From Cyanobacteria bacterium P01_D01_bin.156 (GTDB taxonomy: Bacteria; Cyanobacteriota; Cyanobacteriia; Phormidesmidales; Phormidesmidaceae), in contig JBCCQQ010000004.1 of the NCBI GenBank assembly GCA_039024555.1, positions 125,419-189,418 on the forward strand: a DNA stretch of 64,000 bases, given 5' to 3'. Position numbers and translations under genes: made by a program. This document shows, in pieces, positions 1 to 11,018 of the stretch (positions are counted from its first letter, which is position 1; each line of letters begins with the position of its first letter). Below the pieces are notes generated by a model, which worked only from the letters and a program-made list of their open reading frames with translations, made no database searches and was not told the DNA's origin.

Positions 1-216
1 GCCATACTGTATCAAGTTTAGGTCAATATCTTTGCCCAGTCGTTTGCGCAGAATACCTTCTGAGATGTCGATGGCGTAGTAATGCTCAGAGCCAGAGCGG
101 GCATGGTCCGAGTGAGCATGAGTAATGAGTGCGGTCTCTACTTTACGCCACGGGTCAATGTAAAAACCACCTTGCTCACAGTACAACCCTTCAGGCCGGA
201 CGCTAATTAGAGACAT
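1..216 (-). CDS. Ligase-associated DNA damage response exonuclease (metallo-beta-lactamase fold), 5' part; runs off the window edge
   Basis: Manual translation from ATG at 216: MSLISVRPEGLYCEQGGFYIDPWRKVETALITHAHSDHARSGS..., containing the HxHxDH MBL motif. Confidence 0.85.
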   Translation of the reverse strand, partial: MSLISVRPEGLYCEQGGFYIDPWRKVETALITHAHSDHARSGSEHYYAIDISEGILRKRLGKDIDLNLIQYG

Positions 217-664
217 ACTGATTTAGTAAGTGGGCATTTTCATCAATTCTATTTAGGGAAAGTCGGTCTAAAGAGAGTTTACGCAGGTTGTTTCTAACTG
301 TGAGAAGATTTCGCCCAGATACATAATTTAGAGGCATTGCCAACTAAGGGCAATAAAGAACGGTTTTATTGGGAAAATTTAACCCACTAGCCCAATTCCT
401 CAGTCTATTGCCCCTCACTTAGCAAATCAAGTTGTCTGCTGTCCCATTTCCATGAAAGCTATAGATGGATTTAATCGATTTTATTTAGCAATCTAGGTCA
501 ATATCAAGAGATGTACCCTCTGTTTTACGGGCATGGGGTCCTATCTACAGTGATTCGCTAAAGTTATTTGGTGAGTTGCGCTGCACATAGCTTTGTAATT
601 CGAGGGTTCTAGCAATCAAATTGCCATAAGCTGTGAGCACCAAGTTATACATTCCAGGGGCTCT

Positions 665-1588
665 ATGGCTGAGAGCAATCCCAATCGATTAAAACTTTCC
701 CAACTGCGGGCGCTGGTGGCGATCGCAAAAACGGGGACCTTTAGTGACGCGGCGTTGCAGCTAGATTTGTCCCAGTCTGCCGTGAGCCATGCGATCGCAA
801 CCCTAGAAGCAGAATTAGGAGTGGTTCTCCTAAATCGAGGCCGCCAGGGAGCTGTGCTCACGCCAGTAGGTGAGGCCATTACTGCTGAAGCTCAACAGGT
901 ACTCGATCGATTGGATAACATTTGCCAACAGGCACAGCTGGCCAAGGGATTACAGTCGGGACATGTGCGGGTTGGTGGCTTTCGCAGTGTTGCCACCCAC
1001 ATTTTGCCAGCAGTGATTGAGCGCTTCCGTCAACAGTATCCTGGCATCAGTGTCACCATTGACGAATTTAGTCACTATCATCGTGTCGAAGAGTTGCTAC
1101 GCCAAGGACGCCTCGATATTGGCTTTAGCTATTTGCCGACTAGTAAAGACTTTGACGCCTGGGAGCTTTTGCGGGATGAATATGTAGTGTTGTTACCCCC
1201 ATCTTCTAAGCCGATGGATGTCCAGCTCACCTGGGAACACCTCTTGAACTATCCTCTAATTCAAACACCGCCTGGGGATGGCTGCCGTTACAACATCGAA
1301 CAATATCTCACTCGTCATAACCAACCACTAAGATTTGCTTACGACGTAAGGGAAGATTCAACCATCGTTAGCATGGTGAGACGGGGGCTAGGTGCCTCAA
1401 TTATGGCAAAGTTAGCCGCTGAACCGATTCCCGAAGACATTATTGTGGCCCAGTTGCCTGAACCATTTGAACGAGTGATTGGCATAGTTACCCTAGCCGA
1501 GGCCCTACAACCACCATCAGTTTTTGCCTTCCTAGACACCATCAAAGCAGTGTGGGGTGGTAAGCCTGGAGGTTCCCAAGCCGCTTAG
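665..1588 (+). CDS. LysR family transcriptional regulator
   Basis: N-terminal LysR HTH (FSDAALQLDLSQSAVSHAIATLE), 307 aa, substrate-binding domain. Confidence 0.95.
   Translation: MAESNPNRLKLSQLRALVAIAKTGTFSDAALQLDLSQSAVSHAIATLEAELGVVLLNRGRQGAVLTPVGEAITAEAQQVLDRLDNICQQAQLAKGLQSGHVRVGGFRSVATHILPAVIERFRQQYPGISVTIDEFSHYHRVEELLRQGRLDIGFSYLPTSKDFDAWELLRDEYVVLLPPSSKPMDVQLTWEHLLNYPLIQTPPGDGCRYNIEQYLTRHNQPLRFAYDVREDSTIVSMVRRGLGASIMAKLAAEPIPEDIIVAQLPEPFERVIGIVTLAEALQPPSVFAFLDTIKAVWGGKPGGSQAA
719..726. repeat. HIP1 octamer GCGATCGC (example; recurs many times across the window, e.g. 791-798)
   Basis: Directly visible; over-representation is a cyanobacterial hallmark. Confidence 0.9.
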
Positions 1589-1601
1589 GGAGGGGAGGGA
1601 A

Positions 1602-1735
1602 GAGTTCGGAATTTAGAAGTCGGAATTTAGCAAGGGAAGGCATTCCACGGAGCTGTGCTTCGCCTATCGAACACTTCGACTTTCGCCCCTAGCCCTTTTC
1701 CTAATTCCGAACTCCTAATTCCTAATTCCGACCTC
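1602..1735. repeat. Short tandem/inverted repeat element (STRR/REP-like), copy 1
   Basis: GAGTTCGGAATTTAG-AAGTCGGAATTTAG ... CTAATTCCGAACTC-CTAATTC-CTAATTCCGACCTC; related copy at 43996-44061. Confidence 0.75.
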
Positions 1736-1791
1736 ATTTTCGCCAAAGATGCCACACAATAGGAGGCGTCGGCCTATACCAATGCTCTGTT

Positions 1792-2508
1792 GTGGTTCCT
1801 TTAAGTGACAATAATCCCACCCGCACAACACCCTATGTTGTCTTTGGGCTGATTGCTCTAAACGTGGTGCTGTTTTTCTATGAGCTCTCCTTACAGGGAT
1901 CTGGTGAGCAAGCTCTGGATCGTTTTTTTCGGGTGTGGGCCATTGTTCCAGCAGAGCTGACCGACAGTTTTGTAGGACGTTCCATTAACCCGATTGGCGA
2001 GTGGTTTACGCTCATTAGCTCTCAGTTTCTACACGGGGGGTGGGCTCACCTAGGGGGCAACATGCTCTACCTGTGGATCTTTGGTAATAACATCGAAGAC
2101 CAGCTAGGCCATGCCAAATTTATCGTGTTTTATTTGGCCTGTGGAGCTTTAGCAGGTCTGGCTCAGTGGTTCTTTTCACCCGGATCTATGGTGCCAACGC
2201 TGGGGGCAAGTGGTGCGATCGCAGGGGTGATGGGAGCCTATATTATTCGTTTTCCCAAGGCTCAGATTCTTACCTTGCTCCCCTTATTTATCCTGATTAC
2301 CACGGTGCGTATTCCCGCCATTTTCTTTTTAGGCTGGTGGTTTGTCCAACAGGCATTTTACGGAGTAGCTAGCCTCGGGGCAAATGCTGACATGGGAGCA
2401 GGAGGGGTTGCCTACTGGGCTCACGCTGGAGGGTTTGTATTCGGAGTTATCTTAGGACCCTTATTGGGCCTGTTTCCCAAAGGACAAGGACCTTTTAACC
2501 GAAGATAA
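1792..2508 (+). CDS. Rhomboid family intramembrane serine protease
   Basis: FLHGGWAHLGGNM, GASG catalytic Ser motif, YWAHAGG catalytic His. Confidence 0.95.
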   Translation: MVPLSDNNPTRTTPYVVFGLIALNVVLFFYELSLQGSGEQALDRFFRVWAIVPAELTDSFVGRSINPIGEWFTLISSQFLHGGWAHLGGNMLYLWIFGNNIEDQLGHAKFIVFYLACGALAGLAQWFFSPGSMVPTLGASGAIAGVMGAYIIRFPKAQILTLLPLFILITTVRIPAIFFLGWWFVQQAFYGVASLGANADMGAGGVAYWAHAGGFVFGVILGPLLGLFPKGQGPFNRR

Positions 2509-2513
2509 TATGT

Positions 2514-3227
2514 TTAGAGCTCAGGTAAGCCAAAACTAGGCAGTTCAAATACATCTTCTTCTTTTTGTTCAGGATTAACCGGCGTAATTTCCTGAGCAGA
2601 GCCGTCGGAGCTGTCCGTATCTCCCACTCGAAACAAATATTCTCGACCAAATTGATTCGGCTGGCTAACCCCCTCATAAGTAGTTGTTACGCCCCGATTC
2701 AAAATAGTTAAGGTATAAGGCACCGTTAGAACATCGTAGGCACGACTTGCCGCATCAGCATCTTGAGCCGCTAACTCTTTCAAGCTACAGGGAATTGCCA
2801 ACGCAACATAGGCCAAATAATTACCATCAGGTGCTGCTCCCGTTGGCCAAAAAATGTTCTCCACCGGAGCAATGCTTTGGGTCTCACAAAATCCATTAGC
2901 ATCCACATCTAGTTGTCCACCAGACGGTGATGTGGGTGAACCAAAATCGATAATGTCACTGCCTGGGTCCACCACGATTAAATCCAAGTCATCCTGGGTA
3001 TCCCAACGTAGAGTGACTTGAATATCCCCCGTTTGCAAGATGGGCTGTCTAGGCTCGCCCACGGTATCCAATTGCTGCGGGCAAAGCGCCCCCAGGTCAT
3101 AGATTTGACCATTGGCATCTTGGAGATAGCAACTGCCATAGGTTGCTTGCCCCCGAGCAGCGGTTTGTAGGCTGGCCCATAGAATCATCGGCCCCAGAGA
3201 AAGCAGAGTAACTGTCTTTTTTTTCAT
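2514..3227 (-). CDS. Secreted YfaP/DUF2135-like domain protein
   Basis: Signal peptide; GDIQVTLRWDTQDDLDLIVVDP...GGQLDVDAN...PVENIFWP; start set at ATG 3227. Confidence 0.7.
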   Translation of the reverse strand: MKKKTVTLLSLGPMILWASLQTAARGQATYGSCYLQDANGQIYDLGALCPQQLDTVGEPRQPILQTGDIQVTLRWDTQDDLDLIVVDPGSDIIDFGSPTSPSGGQLDVDANGFCETQSIAPVENIFWPTGAAPDGNYLAYVALAIPCSLKELAAQDADAASRAYDVLTVPYTLTILNRGVTTTYEGVSQPNQFGREYLFRVGDTDSSDGSAQEITPVNPEQKEEDVFELPSFGLPEL

Positions 3228-3397
3228 TTCAGGGTGCACTGTTAACTTTTTCAACGCAAAATCATTGACCGAACCCGTTTATTCACCAGACCCAGGGAAT
3301 CTAGAAGGCAGAGTATCGTAATTTCTGCTCTGTACGCTAGACAGAAACTCAAAAGATGTGCTATCCATGGGCACATTCACTCGTGCTTTGGTTTTCC

Positions 3398-4216
3398 ATG
3401 GGCTCTTCTATCCTGGCTATGCTCTCATTGATTGTTATCAGCTATTCAGTTGCCTCAGTCCGGGTTATTAAAGAAGGGAATGCCGCCCTGGTGGAACGTC
3501 TAGGCCGATACAAATCCACCCTAGACCCAGGTGTGAGGTTTATTGTGCCGCTGTTAGATTCTTTAGTCATTGAAGACACCCTGCGAGAACAGGTCTTTGA
3601 TATCGAGCCGAGAACGGCCACTACCCGAGACAACGTCAACGTCGATGTCGATGCCGTTATCTATTGGCGCATTTTAGACCTTGAGAAAACCTATTACGCC
3701 ATTGAAGATGTAGAAATAGCCATCAGAGAGCTCGTCACCACCACACTGCGTTCCGAAGTCGGCAAGATGGAGCTTCAAGAAACCTTTTCCTCACGGGATA
3801 CTATCAACAAGGCCCTATTAGATGTGCTTGATGAAGCCACTGAGCCCTGGGGCGTAAAGGTAAATCGTGTCGAATTACAAGAGATTAAGATCCCCCCCGA
3901 AGTTGAAGAATCTATGCGACGAGAACAGGCCGCTGAAATCGCTAAGCGGGCGGCCATCACCGAAGCTGAAGGTCTTAAGCAAGCCGCGATCCTTGAAGCC
4001 GAAGGCAGCGTACAGTCTATGCAGTTAATCTCCCAAGCTTTTGATGGTCAACTTAGCCAGGGCGACATCATGAAGTTTCTCATTGCACAGCGCTACGTTG
4101 ATGCCAACCAAAAGCTAGGGGAGAGTGATAATTCCAAAGTAGTCTTTATGGATCCTCGAGCGTTGACAGAAGGCTTAGTGGATCTAATTAATGAACCCCC
4201 TGATACTAATAACTAG
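3398..4216 (+). CDS. SPFH/band 7 (stomatin-like) membrane protein
   Basis: N-terminal TM; LVERLGRY, TRDNVNVDVDAVIYWRI, WGVKVNRVELQEI; start at 3398 preferred over 3356. Confidence 0.93.
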   Translation: MGSSILAMLSLIVISYSVASVRVIKEGNAALVERLGRYKSTLDPGVRFIVPLLDSLVIEDTLREQVFDIEPRTATTRDNVNVDVDAVIYWRILDLEKTYYAIEDVEIAIRELVTTTLRSEVGKMELQETFSSRDTINKALLDVLDEATEPWGVKVNRVELQEIKIPPEVEESMRREQAAEIAKRAAITEAEGLKQAAILEAEGSVQSMQLISQAFDGQLSQGDIMKFLIAQRYVDANQKLGESDNSKVVFMDPRALTEGLVDLINEPPDTNN

Positions 4217-4349
4217 GTAGTATTGCCAATTCTCAAAATGAGCTGAATGGGCTGATTTTGCCCCTTGTAAGTTTCTAGAACTATTGCCCAAATCTTCTAA
4301 GATGTAGGTCCGGCATTTATGGCTGGGCCTTTGTTTATTAGCTGAAATC

Positions 4350-5405
4350 ATGGTCTCAACCGTTGGTGACACAACTCAATCTGCCCAACGCCCTCTATTA
4401 GGGATGAATCAGACTGAGCTAACAGAATGGGTTAAGACCCAGGGCCAACCTGCCTACCGTGGGAAACAGCTGCACCAATGGATTTACAACAAGGGAGTGC
4501 GATCGCTCACTGATATTACGGTTTTTCCAAAATCTTGGCGACAGGAGACAGAGCAGTTTCCCATTGGTCGCTCAGCCATTCATCATCGGTCTATCGCCCC
4601 CGACCAAACAGTCAAATTTTTGCTGCGTTTGGAAGATGATCACATCATCGAAGCCGTAGGCATGCCTACCGAGAAACGCCTGACCGTATGTGTCTCATCC
4701 CAGGTTGGATGTCCCATGGCCTGCGATTTTTGTGCCACGGGCAAAGGGGGGTTTATCCGCAACCTAGCCACCCATGAGATCGTGGATCAGGTACTAACAG
4801 TCCAAGAAGAATTCGACCAGCGGGTAAGCAACATCGTCTTTATGGGCATGGGAGAACCCCTGATCAATGCTCCAAACGTGGTAACCGCAGTCAAATGTCT
4901 CAATCAAGACATTGGCATTGGCCAAAGAAGTATCACCATTTCCACCGTGGGCATTCCTGGGCAAATTCGTCGATTAGCTCAGCATCATTTACAGGTCACC
5001 TTAGCGGTGAGTCTCCATGCCTCTAATCAGTCTTTACGCACCCAGCTAATTCCCAGTGCCCAGCAATACCCACTCAATGAACTCTTAAATGAGTGTCGCG
5101 ACTATGTAACAACCACAGGTCGTCGCGTCACCTTTGAATACATCTTGCTAGCCGGATTAAACGATCGCCCAGAACATGCCGCAGAACTAGCCAGCTTACT
5201 GCGCGGGTTTCAAAGCCACGTCAACCTGATTCCGTACAACCCTATCAATGAGGTTGACTACAAAAGACCATCTAAACAGCAGGTAAATCAGTTTACCGAA
5301 GCCTTAAAAGCAGCAGGCATCGCAGTCAGCGTACGCTACTCTCGCGGCCTAGAAAAAGATGCTGCATGCGGTCAATTAAGAGCCTCTAGAGTATCTCCAG
5401 CCTAG
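4350..5405 (+). CDS. rlmN: 23S rRNA (adenine-C2)-methyltransferase RlmN
   Basis: [18 protein letters not shown] radical-SAM motif, MGMGEP, AACGQL. Confidence 0.97.
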   Translation: MVSTVGDTTQSAQRPLLGMNQTELTEWVKTQGQPAYRGKQLHQWIYNKGVRSLTDITVFPKSWRQETEQFPIGRSAIHHRSIAPDQTVKFLLRLEDDHIIEAVGMPTEKRLTVCVSSQVGCPMACDFCATGKGGFIRNLATHEIVDQVLTVQEEFDQRVSNIVFMGMGEPLINAPNVVTAVKCLNQDIGIGQRSITISTVGIPGQIRRLAQHHLQVTLAVSLHASNQSLRTQLIPSAQQYPLNELLNECRDYVTTTGRRVTFEYILLAGLNDRPEHAAELASLLRGFQSHVNLIPYNPINEVDYKRPSKQQVNQFTEALKAAGIAVSVRYSRGLEKDAACGQLRASRVSPA

Positions 5406-5428
5406 AAGCTCAGGATTGTGAAAAGAAT

Positions 5429-5617
5429 CTAGCTAGCAATTGCTGGAGCAATACCCGGTGCGTAAGCTTCAACAACCCTACCGGTTTTTTGACAAACAAT
5501 CATTAAGTAATCACAGGAAGAACACTGGGTTCGAGTTAACTTTTGAGCCTCTAAATAATGACGCTCAGCCGGTTTGCCACAGTTAGGACAATGAATAGAT
5601 TGAATGGTGGTGCTCAT
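5429..5617 (-). CDS. Small conserved cyanobacterial Zn-ribbon protein
   Basis: CPNC...CSSC pairs, C-terminal GRVVEAYAPG; 62 aa. Confidence 0.8.
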   Translation of the reverse strand: MSTTIQSIHCPNCGKPAERHYLEAQKLTRTQCSSCDYLMIVCQKTGRVVEAYAPGIAPAIAS

Positions 5618-6129
5618 AAGGATTAGGTGTAGGGGGAATAGGTCTTAATTATGGCAATTCCCAATAGCTACAACAAGGTACCAAAGGACATATAAAACGC
5701 GGGGATCGCCCATTATTAAAGCGATCCCCATATCCATCCGGCACCTTGACACAGCTTATTTTGAGACTACTTAGAGGATTCAAAAATGATAAAAATCAAC
5801 GCTAGATTTAAAGACAAAAGTTATTAATCCCATGAAGAATGTGTTTAGTCACAACAATTCAAGCACTTTTTTTCTAAAGAAAAATTTTAGAAAGTTTGCT
5901 GCATTTACTACTGTTTTGTCAGTCGCCCATGCTCTACATCAAAGAATATTGACATATGCCCACGGCAAGTTAGGATTCCTTGGTTATATGGCCATTTTCT
6001 GAAGTCATTGGGTAGATTTTTTTCCAGAATTCCTTTTTGCCACATCAAGTTTTCATAGCCCACTGGTACTTGTAAACTGCGCTGAGAGCAGCATCCAATA
6101 CGTGACTTACACAAAGCTTTGCGCCACCC

Positions 6130-7260
6130 CTAAGACTCTCTACCTGGAATCAAGCTACCGCTAATGCGTTTAATCACACGATTAGCCAGATCGGCGTAAC
6201 GAATCTCACCCGCCAAAAGCTGCCCTAGTCGTTTGGTGGCTGTCGGGCGTTTAATGCCAACCCGGTACCCAATTTTTTGCATACGGAAAAAGATATTGGC
6301 AATGCGCTGACTCCACTGAATGTCATTTCCCCATTCAGTTTGGATAGTTTGGCTGTACTGTTCTAGAGCGTTACTATCCCCGCTTAACCCCTTTTCTACA
6401 GCAATAGCCGCTTGAATGCCACTAAATATGGCCGGTCGAATGCCTTCAGCCGTCATGGGATCCACCAGAGCTGCTGCTTCACCAACCAAGAGTGCTTGTT
6501 GAGCATGAAGCGGGCGATTTCCACTCCATAGCTTTAATCCATGGGAATACAGCTGCCCGTGGGAAGCATCAGTCCCCAAAGAATGGGCATAAGTCGCTAA
6601 GGATTCCTGGGGATTTTTGAGTTTATCTCCGAGAAAACGGGTAATCCCCAGAGAATGACGCTGCTGCTTTGGAAAATTCCAAAGACACCCCTGCTTAACC
6701 AAACCAAATTCAAAGGCCATGGTTGGTTCAGGCACCGGGTCGGGCAAATCTAGTTCTAAAACATAACTCTGGCGAACTTTCTCGGATTTAAACCCAAGCC
6801 ATTGGGCCATTGGGCCATCTGCGCCATCAGCAGCAATTAAGTATTGGGCTTTATGTGAACCCTGCTCTGTATTCACAGTCCATACTCCATCCTGGAGCTG
6901 AATTCCTAGGACTGAGGTACCATCCTGAACAGTCACCCCCTGTTTTACAGCCTGGTCCACCAGATAGTGATCAAACACATCACGACGCACAACCCACATG
7001 GGTTCTTCTGTTTCTAGGACGGCTTCGATGGGATCCTCTAGCTGCCAGGTGTAGCGAATCCGACGCAGCTTTTGATCAATGACAGGAGTGAGATCAAAGT
7101 CTAGCCATTGAGCAACGCTTGGTGCGATCGCACCTGTGCAGGGCTTATAACGGGGCAGCCGATGCTTCTCCAACAGCAGTACGGAACGACCGCGTTTACC
7201 CAGCTGATGAGCCGTCGTACTACCCGCAGGACCAGCACCCACGACAATACAGTCAAACAT
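6130..7260 (-). CDS. Geranylgeranyl reductase family FAD-dependent oxidoreductase
   Basis: MFDCIVVGAGPAG, PRYKPC, LIAADGA, GEAAALVDPMTAEGI; follows frr as is common in cyanobacteria. Confidence 0.9.
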   Translation of the reverse strand: MFDCIVVGAGPAGSTTAHQLGKRGRSVLLLEKHRLPRYKPCTGAIAPSVAQWLDFDLTPVIDQKLRRIRYTWQLEDPIEAVLETEEPMWVVRRDVFDHYLVDQAVKQGVTVQDGTSVLGIQLQDGVWTVNTEQGSHKAQYLIAADGADGPMAQWLGFKSEKVRQSYVLELDLPDPVPEPTMAFEFGLVKQGCLWNFPKQQRHSLGITRFLGDKLKNPQESLATYAHSLGTDASHGQLYSHGLKLWSGNRPLHAQQALLVGEAAALVDPMTAEGIRPAIFSGIQAAIAVEKGLSGDSNALEQYSQTIQTEWGNDIQWSQRIANIFFRMQKIGYRVGIKRPTATKRLGQLLAGEIRYADLANRVIKRISGSLIPGRES

Positions 7261-7391
7261 TAATGCACTCCTGAAATGGCCCACTTGCCGTCGCTATGCG
7301 GGAAGTATCGATGCCCATTATTTTAAGGGGCAACGGTACAAAAACAGTTCAGGAGTGCGTTTCTATCCGTCAACTAAGCCTAATTGACAGA

Positions 7392-7949
7392 TTAGACCTT
7401 CATAATTTCCTTTTCTTTGTCGCCCAGAACCTGATCAATATTCTTGATGTATTGATCCGTCAGCTTTTGCACCTTGTCCTGCAGGTCACGAGATTCATCT
7501 TCAGAAAGGTCGCCGCTTTTTTCCTGTTTCTTAGCAAAATCCATCCCTTCTCGTCGGATATTGCGGATAGCGACTCGGCCTTCCTCGGCATATTTTCCAG
7601 CCTGTTTCACAAATTCCTTACGGCGTTCTGTCGTCAAAGGCGGAATATTCAACCGAATCACAGAACCATCATTGTTAGGCACCAGACCCACATCTGATAA
7701 AGAAATGGCCTTCTCAATCTGGCTCAAAATACTAACATCGTAGGGTTGAATCATCAGCGTGCTTGGATCAGGAGTGCTGATGTTTGCCATGGACTTCAGC
7801 GGTGTAGGACTGCCGTAATATTCAACAGAAATACGATCTAACAAAGATGCATTGGCACGCCCAGTGCGAATAGTATTAAAAGAACGCTGGGTGGCTTCAA
7901 CAGCCTTCATCATCCCCATTTCGACGTCATCGATATTAGCTAACTTCAC
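7392..7949 (-). CDS. frr: Ribosome recycling factor
   Basis: [22 protein letters not shown]; probable GTG start at 7949 overlapping the pyrH end. Confidence 0.97.
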   Translation of the reverse strand: MKLANIDDVEMGMMKAVEATQRSFNTIRTGRANASLLDRISVEYYGSPTPLKSMANISTPDPSTLMIQPYDVSILSQIEKAISLSDVGLVPNNDGSVIRLNIPPLTTERRKEFVKQAGKYAEEGRVAIRNIRREGMDFAKKQEKSGDLSEDESRDLQDKVQKLTDQYIKNIDQVLGDKEKEIMKV

Positions 7950-8664
7950 AAGATCCTCCCACAATTGTGCCAATCGGTTCCCCAGTCATGGCGCGCTGAA
8001 TGTTACCAGCAACGGCTAGATTAAACACCATGATGGGGATGTTGTTATCTTTACATAGTGCAATGGCTGTGCCATCCATCACTTTTAGATCTTTGGCGAG
8101 CACATGGCTATAGGTCAAGCTGGTATAGCGTTTAGCGTTGGGATTCGTCTTTGGATCGGAGTCGTAAACACCGTCCACCTTGGTCGCTTTTAATAAAACT
8201 TCGGCACTGATTTCGGCAGCACGCAGGGCCGCAGTTGTATCGGTCGTAAAGAATGGGTTACCAGAACCTGCACCAAAAATCACCACACGATTTTTTTCCA
8301 GATGACGAATCGCTCGACGACGGATGTAGGGTTCTGCCATTTCCTGCATAGAAATAGCTGTTTGAACTCGGGTGGGAACATCGATACGTTCCAAGGCATC
8401 CTGCAAGGTCATGGCATTCATGACGGTGGCTAACATACCGATATAGTCAGCCGTAGCACGATCCATACCAGAGGCAGCTCCCTTAACACCGCGAAAGATG
8501 TTACCACCGCCAACCACAACGGCAATTTCAATGCCTTGGTCAACCGTAGCGGCAATTTCTTGAGCAATGGTGTCTACAACGGCGGGATCAATGCCATAGG
8601 CAAGGTTACCCATGAGGGCTTCGCCGCTAAGTTTGAGGAGTACTCGCTTGTAAGTGTTGCCCAT
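7936..8664 (-). CDS. pyrH: UMP kinase
   Basis: [34 protein letters not shown]. Confidence 0.98.
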   Translation of the reverse strand: MGNTYKRVLLKLSGEALMGNLAYGIDPAVVDTIAQEIAATVDQGIEIAVVVGGGNIFRGVKGAASGMDRATADYIGMLATVMNAMTLQDALERIDVPTRVQTAISMQEMAEPYIRRRAIRHLEKNRVVIFGAGSGNPFFTTDTTAALRAAEISAEVLLKATKVDGVYDSDPKTNPNAKRYTSLTYSHVLAKDLKVMDGTAIALCKDNNIPIMVFNLAVAGNIQRAMTGEPIGTIVGGSCEVS

Positions 8665-8785
8665 GCGGTGGCCTGTGACTGAATTTCCCCATCAAGATAG
8701 CAGTCCAAGCGTGATTGGGGAACCGCATTTATAAAGGAGGGCGTGTACGCTTTACAATCGCGTTGGGTTCTTTACATAGACGCTT

Positions 8786-9469
8786 ATGGAACACCTGCAA
8801 TCAAGTGTGATTGTCTGGCAAGTGGGCACGGTTCTACTTTGGTTGGGTTTGATCGGTGGTGCATCTGAAGGAGCGCGCCGATTGGGTTACAGCCCGGAAA
8901 TCACCCGCAAAATTGTTCATATTGGCGCAGGCCACGTCATTTTATTAGCTTGGTGGTTTAAGCTCCCAGCCTGGCTCGGTGTAGCGGCATCAGTCTTATT
9001 CGCTGGAGTAGCTTTGATATCTTACCAGTGGCCAATTTTACCGGGTATTAATAGCGTGGGACGCCGCAGCTGGGGGACATTTTTCTATGCCGTCAGTATC
9101 GGTGTTGTCATGGGCTGGTGCTGGCCCCAAGGCTATCCATATTTTGGGGTAATTGGCATATTAACCATGTGTTGGGGAGACGGCCTAGCGGCATTAGTCG
9201 GACAACGATGGGGACGTCATAGCTATGAGATATGGGGCGAACAAAAAAGTTTGGAAGGTAGCCTAACAATGGCTATGGCTAGTGCTTTGGTAGTGGTTGC
9301 CGTTTTAGGAGGATTACAGGGCCTATCGTTATCACTACTACTAGTGGCTTTTGGTGTTGCGATCGCAGCCACCCTGCTGGAAGCCATTTCTAAATACGGC
9401 GTGGATAATCTCACCGTTCCCCTTGGCACAACAGCTACGACCCTTACTTTAATGCATTGGTTAGCTTAG
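8786..9469 (+). CDS. Phytol/polyprenol (dolichol) kinase family membrane protein
   Basis: RKIVHIG, WGDGLAALVG, KSLEGS, DNLTVP motifs. Confidence 0.9.
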   Translation: MEHLQSSVIVWQVGTVLLWLGLIGGASEGARRLGYSPEITRKIVHIGAGHVILLAWWFKLPAWLGVAASVLFAGVALISYQWPILPGINSVGRRSWGTFFYAVSIGVVMGWCWPQGYPYFGVIGILTMCWGDGLAALVGQRWGRHSYEIWGEQKSLEGSLTMAMASALVVVAVLGGLQGLSLSLLLVAFGVAIAATLLEAISKYGVDNLTVPLGTTATTLTLMHWLA

Positions 9470-9816
9470 GCCTCATCGCTGACTAGAGCCTAAAAGTCAT
9501 GAGACGCTCACCCTAGCGAGCTCACCAGACACCTTAGAGTGATTTTTTTAGATCTGTAGAAAATAAATAATAAACAAATAGCCTAGGCCACAAACTGGAA
9601 CAAAAACTGATGCTAAAGTTTAGGCAGTAAAGTTTGAAAAACGTTCCTCAGGCACCATTAACCTTGCGAACGGACAAGCTTTTAACCTATGGTTCAATGA
9701 TTCAACAGCTTTAGATTGAGGGGCAATCTTAGCTCGTAACATGTGCATCTGGGAACGTTCCCACAGCTAAGTCTTAGATTTTTACTGCTGTCCAGTTAAA
9801 CAGGTACCAAATTATC

Positions 9817-10239
9817 GTGTTTATGTTTAAGCGAAAGCCGACGACTTCTTTTACTTATCTCAGTCGTACATGTGAACTGGAAGGAAATGTGCATGCTGAG
9901 GGTCGTTTGCAGGTTGACGGCATCATTCATGGAATCGTAGATATCCAGGGAGATTTGGAAATTTCAAAAACGGGACTGATCGAGGGTCAAGAAGTTCGCG
10001 CCCACAACATTTCAGTCCAAGGGGTGCTAAAATCCCGCGTTTTTGCTGAGGGTAAACTTACCCTTAGCAGTACAGCTCGACTGGAAGGAGATGTAGTGGC
10101 CGGTTCCTTAGAGATTGAACCGGGAGCTTATTACACGGGCTATATTGAAACCCGTGAATCCAAGACTCTGCCCCCATCTCGGGATATTCCTGAGCTATAT
10201 GGGACAGCTGAACCAAAGGAAAGCCGTACATCCGCTTAG
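9817..10239 (+). CDS. Bactofilin (polymer-forming cytoskeletal protein)
   Basis: Beta-helix pattern LEGNVHAEGRLQVDGIIHG...LEGDVVAGSLEIEPGA. Confidence 0.9.
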   Translation: MFMFKRKPTTSFTYLSRTCELEGNVHAEGRLQVDGIIHGIVDIQGDLEISKTGLIEGQEVRAHNISVQGVLKSRVFAEGKLTLSSTARLEGDVVAGSLEIEPGAYYTGYIETRESKTLPPSRDIPELYGTAEPKESRTSA

Positions 10240-10280
10240 CACCTTAATTATCGATGTACTTTTCGTAATATTCGGAATAA

Positions 10281-10325
10281 GTAAAAGCCCTTCCTAAACC
10301 TGCTAAGTCTAGGGAGGGCTTTTAC
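10281..10325. terminator. Bidirectional intrinsic terminator between convergent bactofilin and Hpt genes
   Basis: GTAAAAGCCCTTCCTA...TAGGGAGGGCTTTTAC inverted repeat. Confidence 0.7.
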
Positions 10326-10581
10326 CTTAGTTGAAATTGATGCCCCATATGGGCTCCTATTTACCGTTGCCGATTTAGGTGACGAAACGATAAATAAAAC
10401 AAACTGTAAGCTGGAGCATGACAGATAAAATCATCCTAAGGAGCAATAGAAAACCAAATTTTCCTTGTTGTATCAATGGCTAAAAAATTGATATTTCCTA
10501 ACCACCCAATCCTAAAATTTAATCCGAAGAGCAAATGTTCTAACGCATCGAGGCATTTGCTGTTTTTATACAATTGTGGCG

Positions 10582-10908
10582 TTATCTGGCAAGGCGCTTG
10601 ATTTCGCTTTGTAGCGTCTGCAACTGGCGTAAACTATCAGGTGCGTCCTGAATACTACCTGTTTTAGCTCGTTTTTCCATTTGAGCGGATATTTTAGACA
10701 TCCCCACTGCCCCTACGTTAGCACTGGCCCCTTTGATATAGTGGGAGACTTCTTGAACGCTCACTGGATCCCCAGCTGAAATTGCAGCCGCTAGTTGAGT
10801 AAAACTGTTGTCCATATCTTCAACAAATAAGGTCAACAGCTCTTTTTCAAATGCTGTATCACCACCAGCAAGTTGCTTTAACTGTTCGAGGTCAAAGTTG
10901 CTAGCCAT
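10582..10908 (-). CDS. Stand-alone Hpt (histidine phosphotransfer) domain protein
   Basis: SHYIKGASANVGA phospho-His motif, 108 aa. Confidence 0.92.
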   Translation of the reverse strand: MASNFDLEQLKQLAGGDTAFEKELLTLFVEDMDNSFTQLAAAISAGDPVSVQEVSHYIKGASANVGAVGMSKISAQMEKRAKTGSIQDAPDSLRQLQTLQSEIKRLAR

Positions 10909-11018
10909 AGTTACCCCCTGAGACTGTAGTAGACGTGTAGTAAAAGATTAGCGGTTCACACCTTACATAAGGATGACCCATTTTTAGAGCAGATCTTTCT
11001 ATGTAAAAACGCTCTATT

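Noticed and set aside
1602..1735. Repeats as a possible CRISPR array
   Set aside because: Units are 14-15 nt, tandem and inverted, with no unique spacers and no cas genes
5429..5617. Small Zn-ribbon protein sometimes labelled PriA
   Set aside because: 62 aa with no helicase motifs; not primosomal PriA
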